Positions 51,750 to 64,000 of a stretch of 64,000 nt of DNA are shown piece by piece. A model generated the notes under the pieces. That model was given only the letters and a program-made list of their open reading frames with translations, did not search any database and was not told the DNA's origin. The DNA lies in assembly GCF_004010195.1 (NCBI RefSeq), contig NC_057720.1, forward strand, positions 14,733,751 through 14,797,750, read 5' to 3'. The DNA is from Chiloscyllium plagiosum. Taxonomy: Eukaryota. Positions within the stretch are counted from its first letter, which is position 1, and every line of letters starts with the position of its first letter. The translations under genes and the position numbers were made by a program.

Positions 51750-51870
51750 AAAAACAAAACTGCAGATGCTGGAATCCAGAGTAGACAGGCAGCAGGCTGG
51801 AAGAACACAGCAAGCCCCCAGGCAGCATCAGCTGGTGGAGAAGTCGACGTTTCGGGTATAACCCTTCAGG
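51750..51870 (-). mobile_element. Penelope-like terminal fragment with a partial hammerhead
   Basis: Reads ctgcagatgctgg...ggcagcatc...gtcgacgtttcgggtataacccttcagg, the same layout as the other PLE ends. Confidence 0.6.
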
Positions 51871-52619
51871 CAAGTCTGAGATTTCAGAGAGTAGGAGACA
51901 TTTTTGGAGGGATTAAGTGCCAAGTAATTGCCCATCACAAGTTTAAACATCCCAGACAATTACTTAGCTATCTCCAAGGGGTCCCAGCAATCACTTTTCA
52001 GGATTCATCAGGCCTCTCTACCTACCTTGAGACTACAAGATCTGGACCAGTGAGTTTTTTGACACTTCACCAAATATACTCAGGTGTAGAAATAAAATGA
52101 AACAGAGAGAGTTAGGAAGTGAAAGGACTTAATTTACAAACAGATCATTTCATTGCATTGGTGATCCACTTCACAACAAACCTAATGCCATAACAGATAC
52201 TACAGGGTAACGTTGCCACTTTCCCAAGTGCACTTTGCCATAGACAGAACTTGACATAAAAGATTTCAATGCATTTCTTGCACTGCACTGAATATTTTAG
52301 ATGTATAGTGTTTAGACCATATGACCATAACAGAGAGACATCTAAGGACCACTTGGCTACAACAAATGCCTCTCTGAACTTCAAGCCTTGCACTGAATGA
52401 AACTTCTGGATAAATCAAAACACAAATGGATGCCTTGTCTGAGGCACGTGTAAAACAGTAGATATAAAATTGTATTACTTCTTCCAATGTGGAACTTTGA
52501 GAATGATCTCCAGCCCAGGAATTCCCTTGGAATGATGTTCCATCAGGTTGAGACCTGCAACATCTGTCAACTCAGGAAAATAGCAAAAGCTAACCGAGAA
52601 TTTTAATCATGATTGAAAA

Positions 52620-53940
52620 CAGGAACATAGGAACAGAAGCAAGGCCATTCAGCCCACTGGATCTGCTCTGTCATTTAATAAGATCACTGCTTATCAAATA
52701 CTTTAATGCCTTTTAGCTGCCCCATCCCTACAATGCCATTAATAATCAAAAATCTATTAATTTCTACTTTAGATATACTCACAGACTGAGCTTCCATAGC
52801 CTTCTCATAGAATCATAGAGATGTACAGCACTGGAATAGACCCTTCAGTCCAACTCGTCCATGCCGACCAGATATCCCAACCTAATCTGGTCCCATTTGC
52901 CAGCACTTGGCCCATATCCCTCGAAACCCTTCCTATTCATATGTCCATCCAGATGCCTTTTAAATGTTTAATTGTACCAGCCTCCACCACTTCCTCTGGC
53001 AGTTCATTACATACAGACCACTCTCTGCATTGTAAAGGCTGCCTCTTTAGGTCTCTTTTAAATCTTTCCCCTCTCACCCCAAACCTATGCCCTCTAGTTC
53101 TGGACTCTCCCACCCCAGGGAAAGGACCTTGTCTATTTACCCTATCCATGCCCCTTATGATTTTATAAATCTCTATAAGGTCATGGCTCAGCCTCCAATG
53201 CTCCAGGGAAAACAGATCCAGCCTATTCAGCATCTCCCTCTAGCTCAAACCCTCCAATTCTGGTGACATCCTTGTAAATATTTTCTGAATCCTTTCAAGT
53301 TTCACAACATCCTCTGTGGCTTCACAATCCTCTGAGTACAATGAAAAGTTCTCTCCATCACAGTCCTAAATGGGCATTCCCCTTATATTTAGAATTTAAC
53401 CCTCTGGTTCTTGACTCCCAAAAGAAGGGAGATAAATACTTGTCTCTTTAAGTATCTTGGTCACCTCTCAGTCTTCAAAACGCCAGAGAAAATAGGCCTA
53501 GTTGGCACAATCTTGCTTTATAGGACAGTACTGTCAGCCCAGGAACATGTCCAGTGAATCTTTGTTGCATTTTCTCTGTGACAATAAGATTGTTCCTGAC
53601 ATAAGGGGATCAAACTGCACATAATATTCCAGATGCAGTCTAACCAAGTTCCCATACAACTTTAGGAGGACTTCACTTACTGTTCTCTAATCCTCTTGCA
53701 ATAAAAGCTAACATTTCATTAGTCTCTTTAACTTTTGTCTGTACCTACATGTTAGACTTCAGTGACTTATTGATGAGGTAACTCAAGGGCTTTTGCACAT
53801 CTACGCTTTCCGAACTCTCATAATTTAAGAAATACTCTGCACATCTGTTTCAGCTACCAAAGTGTATAAACTGACATTTCGCCGCATTATTTTCCATCAG
53901 CCACATTCTTACCCAATTACTAAGCCTATCCAAATCCTCC
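52620..53940 (-). mobile_element. Old CR1 fragment with a younger CR1 3' end nested at 52806-53310
   Basis: LFSLEHWRL..DLIE.YKI.RG.DRV and DLDRLS.W...W.ME.N..KC motifs. Confidence 0.8.
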
Positions 53941-55164
53941 ATAGTTTTGGCATGGAGGGGACTAAGACTAAAGAGGTTTACACCTAAATAGTATTTAATA
54001 CTGACACCCTCAAAGCTGATCTTTGAGATGAATACCATTGTCAGTTAGCTTGTATCTAGTAAAGGGACTATCATTTAGCCTTGCACTATCCCAGTCCAGA
54101 TGCTGAAGGCACGTGTTCCAGATTTTCCATTCCATTCCATTCCATTTATTAGGTCGATTAATGCAATGAATTCACAAGTAATGGGATGAATGTTAAGTGG
54201 ACCTCCAGCTTAGGCAATGATAATTCAGTGTCCCACTGCATTTTAAGTACAACTATTTGCTGTAATTTTAAATTCAACCTCTGTATTCAATTATAAAGGA
54301 CATGACCACCATACATGGATAAAAAAATGATCTGATGGATATAGTCAGCATGAATTTTCATGGCTGACAAACTTGTTGAAGCTTTTTGAGGATGTTTCTA
54401 ACAAACTGATAAAGGGGAATCAACCGATGTAATATATCTTGGGGAGGTGGTGGGGGGGTGTGGGTGGAGGGATGATGGTCACTCCCTTCCCAGTGATATT
54501 ATCACTGTGCTGTTAATCCAGGTGTTGTTCTAGAGACCTGAGTTTGAATCCTCATTGTGGAATTTGAATTTTTTTTAAAATCTGCAATTAAGAGTCTAAT
54601 GATGATCATGAATCCATCGTTGATTGTAAGGAAAATCTATCTAGTTCACTCATGTTCTTTGGAGAAGGAAATCTGCCATCCTTACCCTGGACGGTCTACA
54701 TCTGACTCTAGACCCACAGCAATGTGGTTGACTCTTAACTGCCTTCTGGGTAATATGGGATAGGTAATAAATACTGGCCTAGCCAGAGATACCCTCATCA
54801 CATGAACGAATGAATTATGATCAAGCCCGTGTAGGTAGGTGGTTAATAAAATTAAAATTATTTTTTATTCACTAGCTGGACATGAGCATCGTTGGCGGGT
54901 TAGCAATGATTGCCCATCTCTAGTTGCCTTTTAAAAGGTGACAGTGAGCTGCGTATTTGAAATGGTGCAGTCATAAGTATTCAGGCAAAGCTCTATCAAA
55001 AAACAATGGTTTGACATTGTATTGCAATAACTGAGAACTTTCATCCTCACCAGGCTCTGTTCTTCAACTCCCAATGGTTCATGTTCCAGGCAATGATAAA
55101 GAAAACACTTCAAAGACAATCTGCAGCTCTCCTTGATAATGTCAGCATTGACCTTAATGATCAG

Positions 55165-55670
55165 AAGGAACGTCGTGAAACTTGAAAGGGTTCAGAAAAG
55201 ACTTACAAGGATTGTTGCCAGGGTTGGAGGGTTTGAGCTAGAGGGAGAGGCTGAAAAAACTGGGGCTATTTACTCTTGAGTATTGGAGGCTGAGGGGTGA
55301 CCTTATAGAGGTTTATAAAATCACGATGGGCATGGATAGGGTAAATAGACAACGTTTTTCTTTCCCTGGAGTGGAGGAGTTCATAACTAGAGGATGAAAG
55401 GGGAAAAATTTAAAATAGACCTCAGTGACAACTTTTTCATGCAGAGGGTGGTGCGTGTATGGAATGAGCTGCCAGAGGAAGTGGTGAAGGCTGGTACAAC
55501 TGCAACAATTTAAAAGGCATCTGGATGGGTATATGAATAGTAAGGGTTTGGAGGGATATGGGCTGGGTGCTGGCAAATGGGACTAGATTAGGTTAGGATG
55601 TCTAGTTGGAATGGACGAGTTGGACCAAAGGGTCTGTTTTCGTGTTGTACATCTCTATGACTCTATGACT
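55165..55670 (+). mobile_element. CR1-type LINE 3' fragment
   Basis: Near match to 34160-34665, ending in ctctatgactctatgact. Confidence 0.85.
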
Positions 55671-56944
55671 GGGAGGAGTTTACTAGAAATTGCTCAAAAT
55701 GGTAACAACTTGTCTATCAAGAAGCATCAAGCTTTGTGTCACGAGGTGTTAATGATACATTGGAAGTTATTATATGCACATAAACCACAGGACCTTCTGT
55801 CCCTGCACCCTGCTAGTCAAAGGTCTGAAGTGCTGATATTGGCAGTGTATTTTAAAATCAATCGAATGTCAAGGAGTGTAGGGCATTGTTTAGCAAATAC
55901 TGAAAGAAGATGTGATATTGAACAATGTGTATGGAAATGGACATTTAGTTGGAACTTTTACACACCCATAAAAGGCAAAAATTTGGAGAGCAAGGCTTCC
56001 AAGTCAATAGCTACCAAAATGCTACTCAACTCTGCAAATGTCTGAAAAGCAAAATCACTTTTGCAGATTTTTGAAGGAGAAATGTGAATCATTGTGTAGC
56101 CCAAATGAATACGTTTACTCCTACAACCTTTACTTGTACTCAGTTAAGAAAAACGATAAAGAAGTGCCTAACCTCTGCTGATTCCCAGTGCTCAGCCCCA
56201 TATGCCCTGCGCCATTTGTGAAATATTTCTGAACCAGATCCTATATAAATGTAAGTTGCTATAAATCAGCAGTTACACTCACAGGTACAAAGTTATCAGT
56301 AGCAAGGAGGAAAATCCTAATCAGACATAGATACACTAGAGATGTTGGATCTATCTTCACCATCCCTGCACCTAAATATAATTCCTCAAAAATCTGAACT
56401 AAAGAAAGCAAAACTTCATGAGTGCATTTTGAAAGCCTCAAATGTCAGTGAATTAACAACATCAGAATGCAATGAAAATAAAGAACTTGCTCCAAAGCAC
56501 CGAGGTCAGCTGCATCTGGAGTCTGTTATAATTGTCAATATTGTTATTTTTATAAACTTAATACAAGAACAAGTTAAACAAAATACAAACAGCCACGCAG
56601 CCCAGCTGTGCAAGCAATGACAAAGGATGAGGTTTGTTCCATGATCATAGTTCCCATTTCTCCCATGGACCAAGCTTGACTAAAATAGGAAGGTCCCGAC
56701 CAGTAGTTACAGAGTTGCAACGGGCAAGATCTAGAGCCCAACACAGCAGTTGAGTTTACAAAGGAGCACAAGAAGATAACGTAGTTAATCAAGAAGTGAA
56801 GTAGCTGAATTTCTAATGTAGGCAGAATGCAGCTGCAGAGAAAATGAACCAAATATGTGTAACTATTTTTGGTGGTTGACATTCCTTTCAGTTAAAGGAT
56901 ATACAGTCCTAATGTCTGTACGACATCATTAGTACATTTAAAGT

Positions 56945-57257
56945 GGGTGGCACGGTGGCTCAGTGATTAGCACTGTTGCCACACAGCGCCTGGGACCTGG
57001 GTTCAATTCCCATCTCGGTGTGGAGTTAGCACCTTCTCCCTGTGTCTGCATGGGTTTCCTCCGGATGCTCCAGTTTCCTTCCATAGTCCAAAGATGTGCA
57101 GGTCAGGTGAATTGGCCATGCTAAATTACCCATAGAATTAGGTGCATTAGTCAGGTGTAAATATGGGGAATGGGCCTGGGTGGGTTGCTCTTCGGAGGGT
57201 CGGTGTGGACTTGTTGAGCTGAAGGGCCTGTTTTCACACTGTAGGGAATCTTATCTA
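56945..57257 (+). mobile_element. V-SINE (HE1-like)
   Basis: A and B boxes, central domain and LINE-like tail. Confidence 0.85.
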
Positions 57258-57514
57258 AAGTGTTTTCATAGCTAATAAAAGTGAAACACTCAAGCAATCA
57301 AACAGCACTACATAAATTATTCATGGGGATTAGAAACTCAGTACAGTGGAGAATAAGACAGGAAGTGGAACTAATTGGATAGCTGTGTCAAAGTGCTGTA
57401 TCACAAATGTGGTGGGACCAATGGCCTTTGCCTGGACTGAAATCCTCTATGAATAACCCATTCAAACAGAGTACTAATTGTTTTCTGTAGTCACTAGTTA
57501 AAAGGTCTTCCTAC

Positions 57515-57604
57515 CTGAATAGGAGTGTTGCAAGTATAAATGGTGTTTTGTTGAACAGTCTGAAGATGTTTTATCAGGTGCGCTGGACCAATCGACCAAC
57601 CAAG
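57515..57604 (-). CDS. KYAT3: KYAT3 exon (LGWSIGPAHLIKHLQTVQQNTIYTCNTPIQ)
   Basis: 90 nt, cag|...|gtagga. The peptide matches the KYAT3 type (LGWSIGP..LQTVQQNTIYTC) rather than KYAT1. Confidence 0.95.
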
Positions 57605-58059
57605 CTGTCAGAGGAGATTTTAAAAAGCCACATTATAAATGTTTGGTCTACTACATTCTGTAAAATTCGATGAAACCTTTTTTGAAAAGTAAAAAAAATA
57701 GAAAATATTCAGTTATACAGAATCTTTCACAATCTCAGAATAACCCAAAGTGCTTCACAGCCAATTAAATATTGCCAAGTGTTGGTTCCCAATACAGAGA
57801 GGTAGGGTGTCACCATTAAAAATGACCAATGTGACTAATCTGCATGTGTGCAGTTGCACTTGTAACTGCTCTTGATGCACTTTCACAAACCAATTGTAAT
57901 TTTAAATGGTTGCAAGGAAACAGCATCCTTGCTGTATCTTAAGGTCATTAGCTCTGAATAACTAATAGGCTTCAATGTCAATGATATGCTATAAAGTAAG
58001 GTCAGGCTGATTTCAGCGCAACTTAAAATAGCCTTCTGCCTAATAGTTATCTGCTAGGA

Positions 58060-60556
58060 AAGTAAAAGGCAAGTTCTGAGATTGGGCAAATGCAGGACAG
58101 ATAGGACAACCCCATAAGGGAGATTACAGTTGGACAAATGACAGTAAAGTACGTAGGGTCTATTAAAATAATGGGGATAAAAACCTTTGCTCTGATATTT
58201 AAGGATGACATCAGAGTGGTGGTGAGAGATGATATAGGTTCGATGGAGAGTAAGGTTGAATCCATTTGGGTGGAATTTTAGAAATTCTAGGAAAAAAAAG
58301 TCATTGATAGGTATAGTCTATCGGCCACCAAATAATAATAATATAACATTGGAACAGGCAATAAACAAAGAAATAATGAATGCCTGTAAAAATGGTACGT
58401 CAATTATCATGGGAGATTTTAAGCTTCATGTCGATTGGTCGAACCAGGTTGGTAAGGGTAGCCTTGAGGAGGAGTTCATTGAATGGATCAGCAATAGTTT
58501 TCCTGAACAGTATGTAATGTGTAAGAAAAGGGGTAATCTGCCATGGGTGTCTAAGGAAATAAGGGAAACTATCAAATTGAAAAAGAAGGCATACAAAATG
58601 GCCAAGATCAGTGGGAAACTAGAAGATTGGGAAAACTTTAAAGGTCAACAGAAAGGCACAAAAAGAGCTACAGAGAAAGATAAGATAGATTATGAGAAAA
58701 AAGCGAACTCAGAATATAAAGACAGAAAGCAAAAGTTTCTATAAATATATAAAACAATAAAGAGTGGCTAAAGTAAACATTAGTCCTTTAGAGGATGAGA
58801 AGCGGGATTTAGTAATGGGATATGAGGAAATGGCCAAGGGATTGAACAGGTATTTTGTGTCGGTCTTCACAGTGAAGGACATGATAACACGCCAGTAATT
58901 GTCAAAGAGACAAAGGTAGGCGAGGACCTAGAAACTATCATTATCATGAAAAGAAGTAGTGTTGGGTGAGCTAATGGACCTAAAGGTAGACAAGTCTCCT
59001 TGCCCTGATGGAATGCAACCCAGGGTACTAAAAGAGACAGCGGGAAAAATAACAAGTGCACTTGTGGTAATTTTCCGAAATTCACTGGACTCTGGGGCAG
59101 TTCCAGCAGATCGAAAACAGCAAATGTGACACCATTGTTTTAAAAAGGAAGGTAGACAAAAAATGGGGTATTATAGACCAGTTAGCTTAACTTCTGTAGT
59201 GGGGAAAAGGCTTGAGTCTATTATCAATGAAGAAATAGCAAGGCATCTCGATAGAAATTGTCCTTTTAGGCAAATGCAACATGGGTTCATGAAGGGCAGG
59301 CATGCTAAATTAATCTTTTGGAATTCTATGAACACAGTGGACAACAGGGGCCCAGTAGATATGCTATATCTAGATTTCCAAAAGGCACTCGACAAGTTGC
59401 CACACAAAAGGCTGCTGTATAAGATTAAAAATGCAAGGCATTATGAGTAATATATTAGTATAGATAGAGGATTGGTTAACCAACAAGAAGCAAAGAGTGG
59501 GGATAAATGAGTGCTATTCTGGTTGGCAATCAGTGACGAGTGGTGTGCCTCAGAGATCAGTGTTGAGACCACAATTATTCACAATTTATGTCTGATTTGG
59601 AGTTGGGGAACCACGTGTAGGATGTCAAAATTTGTGGATGACATAGAGATGAGTAGTAGAGCAAAGTATGCAGACAACTGTGCGATGTTGCAAAGGGACA
59701 TAGTTTAAGTGAGTGGGCAAAGGTCTGGCAAATGGATTATATATTTTATGGATTATATATTAATATGGATACAATGTTAATAAATATGAAGTCATCCATT
59801 TCAGTATGACTCACACTAAAAAGGACAATTACTTGAATGGTAAGAAATTGCAGCACGCTGCTTTGCAAAGGGACCTGGGTGTCCATGTGAATGAATCACA
59901 GAAAGTTGGTCTGCAGGTGCAACAGGTAATTAAAAAGGCAAATGAAATGTTGTCCTTCATTGCTATAGGGATTGAGTTTAAAAGCAGGGAGTTTATTTTG
60001 CAACTGTATTGGGTGCTGGTGAGGAATTTTGGTCCCGTTACCTGAGAAAGGATGTACTGGCAGTAGAAGGGGTGCATGAGGAGGTTCATGAGGTTGATTC
60101 CTGAGTTGATAGGGTTGGTTTATGAGGAGAGACTGAGTAGACTGAGACTATACTCATTGGAATTTAGAAGAATGAGGGGGGATCTTATCGAAACATATAA
60201 AATTATGAAGGGAATAGATAAGATAGAAGTAGAGAGAATGTTTCCACTGGCGGGTGAAACTAGGACAAAACGGCATTGCCTCAAAATTAGGGGGAACAGA
60301 TTTAGGACTGAATCCAGAGGGTTGTGAATCTACGGAATTCCCTGCCCAGTGAAAGTGGTTGAGGCTTCCTCAGTAAATATTTTGAAAGCTAAGTTAGATA
60401 ATGTTTTGAACACTAAAGGAATTAAGGGTTATGGTGCGAGGACGGGTACATGAAGTGGAGACCACAAAAAGGTCAGCCATGACCTTATTGAATGGCAGGA
60501 CAGGCTCGAAGGGCCAGATGGCCTACTCCTGCTCCTAGTTCTTAGGTACTTATGTT
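58060..60556 (+). mobile_element. CR1-type LINE ORF2 remnant (APE endonuclease, RT, 3' end) in a KYAT3 intron
   Basis: LIGIVYRPPN...IIMGDF (endonuclease), YRPVSLTSVVGK.LE...QHGF, YLDFQKA.DK.PH and SKFVDD motifs. Confidence 0.9.
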
Positions 60557-61285
60557 CAAATTCCAAACACAGTCAACATTCTGAAGACTATTCAAGGGCT
60601 CCTCGCAAAGAACTTCCACTTCTTTGGCCTACCATCCTTATTTACAATTACTATGAATGGCACATTGTTGCTGGATGTGAATTTAAAAGCCATGTTCCTA
60701 AAATACTTAAGCTGCACAAAGTTGAAGTAATGTCACTTTTGTAACATCGGAAACAAAGTGGTTTGTGCATTGCAAGCTCGCACAAACATCACTGTGATAA
60801 TGGCCAGATTATCAGTTTTGAGTGATGCTCATTTAAGGCTATTAATTGCCCAGGAACTTTGGATAACTGCCCTGTTGTCCTTCATATTTTTCTTGGGGTT
60901 TTCTTGGATTGGCCAGAAAGTGAGAGAGGAAAAGAGAGAGAGACAGAGAGAGACATGGAACAGAAATTGCTGGAGAAGCTCAGCAAGTCTGGCAGCATTT
61001 GTGGAGAGAGAGAGAAACAGAGTTAACATTTCAGGCCCAGTGACCCTTCTTCATAACCAGAAGAGAGATGGAGCCTTGGTTTAAAAATTGCACCTCAGTA
61101 GTGCATTCTGTTCACGTCAGTTTTGAACCCACAACATTCTGACTCAAAAGGCAAGAATGCTTCACGCTGAGCCATAGCTTAGTGATCGGAGCTTTATTTC
61201 TGAAGACCCTAGCTGAAAGAGACTTATGTGAGCTATTCATTTACAGTTTAAAACAAAGAAACAGTTAAGTTTTTAAAATACTCAC

Positions 61286-61362
61286 CTTCCAGCCAGTCAC
61301 ACTAAAGGTTTTCCCCGCACTTCCAATGGTAATAGTCCTGTCCCACATGCCTGGCAAAGTGC
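61286..61362 (-). CDS. KYAT3: KYAT3 exon with the PLP-binding lysine (GTLPGMWDRTITIGSAGKTFSVTGWK)
   Basis: 77 nt, tag|...|gtgagt, in phase with the previous exon (G|GC). The SAGKTF lysine codon is at 61310-61312. Confidence 0.96.
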
Positions 61363-62437
61363 CTATGAAGGCAAAGGGCAAAATCAATGTGAAATTAACT
61401 GGCCACCTAACTCTGTTAAAGAAGTAAGCAACTTAAGGAAGTTCACTTCAATATAGTAAAAACACAGAGAAACTCAAGATAGCTCAGATTGTCAAGACAG
61501 AGTGTGGCTAAACCCTGGGAAGATGTTGGAATCTCTGCTTCTGACCACCATCCAGTGAGCTGTGGTTTGAATGTTGGTTAAGGATTAGGCTTAATGAGGA
61601 TTCTGTGCTCCCCTTGATACAATGTCCCACTGTTTGGCAGATTTCCAGCTGCTATCCCACTTAACATCAAGCCCTGGCAAATCCCACCCTGAATGTTGAA
61701 TAACAGGATACACCAGTCCTTACACTGCAAAGGCCGACTGTGGGAAATCAAGACTCAGTTGCCTGAATACACTGTGAAGCATGACTGTCTGATTAAAATA
61801 TCAGGGGCAAACAGGACCCATGTGAAGTAAGAAAGAACTTAAGGCTCAGGAGTGAAAGCTACGATGAGAGCAATCCTAATCAAGGAAAAGGAAACCTTCA
61901 ATTGCTCCATGGAACAAAGGAAAAGGTAAGCAGAAGTGAACAAAGTCACCTAATTTGCTGACAGCAACAGGTTTTGTATAATTTATAACATTTGCAGAAC
62001 TAAAGATGCAGATTATATAATGTAGTATGTGTTTCTCAAATCCTCTAGCAAACGTATTTAATTTAAAGTTCATCCATTTTCTATTCTATATCCCACAGCC
62101 AGCACTAACTATACTGCCATTGTTTAAGGTTTCCGTGCTGTATGATTCTATTAGCTACGGCATAGTATAAACCACAATGTCAGTCAATGCTGGAAAAGGG
62201 ACTTTCAGAGGGACTGCAAGATTAAATTATTTCCAGAATCAATCTTGCTCAAAAAATAATCCCAAGGAAATCGTGTAAATCTGTCAAATCAGACAAGAAG
62301 AGTAAAGGCTTAACAGAAGGTCACGATTCTCCCCTCTCATCACCAGCAATAATCAAAGAGGCTTTTGAGCAGAACACAGGCAAAAGGAAAAAGCATTTCA
62401 CAGCCATAACAGGAAAAAACATGAAGCCTAGTAAAAT

Positions 62438-62645
62438 GGGCGGCACGGTGGCACAGTAGTTAGCACTGCTGCCTCACAGCGCCAGAGACCCGGGTTCAAC
62501 GGGTCAGGTGAATTGCCTGTAGTGTTAGGTTAAAGGGGTAAATGTAGGGGTATGGGTGGGTTGCGCTTCGGCGGGTCGGTGTGGATTTGTTAGGCCGAAG
62601 GGCCTGTTTCCACACTGTAAGTAATCTAATCTAATCTAATCTAAT
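62438..62645 (+). mobile_element. V-SINE with an internal deletion
   Basis: The tRNA-like head is joined directly to the 3' half, followed by a (CTAAT)n tail. Confidence 0.8.
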
Positions 62646-63236
62646 CAAATGAAAAAGATCCATTTCAATAACAAAACCAGATAATTTCCATTTATCATTA
62701 AAAGGTGGGAACTGACACCTAGTTGGTCTCGAGTGGTTTTAGGACAGTCACAACATGTGCTGTGCATCTAACTATCAACCAGGAGACTCAAGGCAGTGAA
62801 TCTCAGAAAACCTGAGAAATACTTCTTGATAGATCTTACTTGGGGTTGAGACCTTCACCAAGCGGTTTTTACCTCAACGGGTTTTCTTGGAAAATGCTTA
62901 CATAATGGCTAGTAAAAAGATATGACCTCCTGTCCTATCATGACAAGCCTCTTAAAATAACCTAATATTAATACAAGGCTTTTAATATAGGAAAATGCCC
63001 TACAGCCCTCAGGTCTCCACAGGAATACAATCAAACAGAGACTGACATTGAGCCAAAGGAAGAACTATTAGGACAGATGACTAAATAATTTTAAAAGATG
63101 TGGAATTTATGGATTGCCTTAGAAAGGGGAGAGAGAAGTAGAAAAGTTTAAGGATACCAGAGAGTAGGCTAAAAGAACTAATCATTGCTGCAGAATGTGT
63201 GCATACACCAGTATAAGCCCATTTCCTCAGTATTAC

Positions 63237-63357
63237 CTATTTTGATGTGCTTATGTCCATTGTACACGAGCCACTCATACACTTCATCACTGATGCAGAG
63301 AACATCATGCTTAATACACAGGTCTGCAATCATCTTCAGTTCTTCCATTTTAAATAC
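63237..63357 (-). CDS. KYAT3: Kynurenine aminotransferase 3, internal exon (VFKMEELKMIADLCIKHDVLCISDEVYEWLVYNGHKHIKI-G)
   Basis: 121 nt, bounded by tag|...|gtaata. Contains the SDEVY motif of class I/II PLP aminotransferases. Earlier exons lie beyond the window. Confidence 0.95.
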
Positions 63358-63759
63358 CTAATACATGAACCACACTGCATTAGAATACGATGGGGAACTC
63401 CAGCCAAAACACTAGTTCTTAGACAAGGAGTGTTAAAAAAAATGAATTTGTTCTTTTAAAATGCTGCAAAAACCAAGCTTTAAAAAAAAGCAGTCAAATG
63501 GCACACAGCATTGCAAGCTCAGGCTAATCTATCAAAACAAATGCAATCAAAGAACACATGCCAATTCGTTTATCAATAAAACCTCCAGGCCGGGCCTTGC
63601 ATCATCATCATCCTTTTTATTTATAAGAGCAATAATAGATACAGAACCTCTTACTGTAGATTTGAAGAACAAGCAACATTTGATAAGACAGCAGCAGTGG
63701 AAGCTGTGTTACTTTCAGAAAACAGAAGCACGTGGTGTCAACTCAGAGAAAACGTCCAG

Positions 63760-64000
63760 GATTTAAAGAAGCAGCAAAAGGAACACTCAAGCCATTCAAC
63801 AATGATCAGCATATAATCAAAGATCCCTCCCACCCTGGTTATAATCTCTTCCACCCTTTTCCATCGGGCAGATGATGTAAAAGACAACACATACCAACAG
63901 ATTTAAGAACAGTTTCTTCCCTGCCGTTATCAAACTTTTGAGTGGACCTCTCGTATATTAGAGTTTTCTCTGCACCTTCTCTGTACCTGTAACACTGTTT
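63760..64000 (+). mobile_element. Rex1/Babar-like LINE 3' fragment
   Basis: Translates as I.KDPSHPGYNLFHPFPSGR...THTNRFKNSFFPAVIKLL. Confidence 0.65.

Noticed and set aside
59731..59772. Short repeated ATGGATTATATATT in a CR1 copy
   Set aside because: An ordinary slippage duplication in a dead LINE.
30579..63357. Alternative assignment as KYAT1/CCBL1
   Set aside because: The exon peptides (LGWSIGP, LQTVQQNTIYTC, FSVTGWK) and adjacency to GTF2B fit KYAT3.

Overview
Vertebrate genomic DNA, most likely from a shark or ray (inferred from the HE1-type V-SINEs and the abundant CR1-type LINEs). Two host genes are visible, both on the minus strand. The first is the 3' half of KYAT3/CCBL2 (kynurenine aminotransferase 3): seven coding exons between 63357 and 30579, all with GT-AG introns, phase-consistent joins, the PLP-binding SAGKTF motif and a stop codon. 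The second is the promoter and 17-nt first coding exon of GTF2B (TFIIB) at 494-510. This gene order matches the human KYAT3-GTF2B synteny as I recall it. The rest is mostly transposon debris: a decayed Gmr1-like Ty3/gypsy LTR element with integrase upstream of RT (2059-9166), many CR1 fragments, V-SINEs, a Rex1/Babar-like end, a possible Harbinger Myb relic, and many Penelope-like element (PLE) pieces. The most interesting structure is a set of at least six PLE-derived insertions from several families that share one plan: target-site duplication, inverted arm, direct arm, 30-38 nt unpaired tail, target-site duplication. Most carry a minimal hammerhead-ribozyme motif, CUGANGA-N-stemII-GAAA-(CG/GC)-UH, whose stems differ in sequence but still pair across families. 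Exon, TSD and ribozyme coordinates were counted by hand. LINE and SINE boundaries are approximate, and all family names come from recognition, not database searches.
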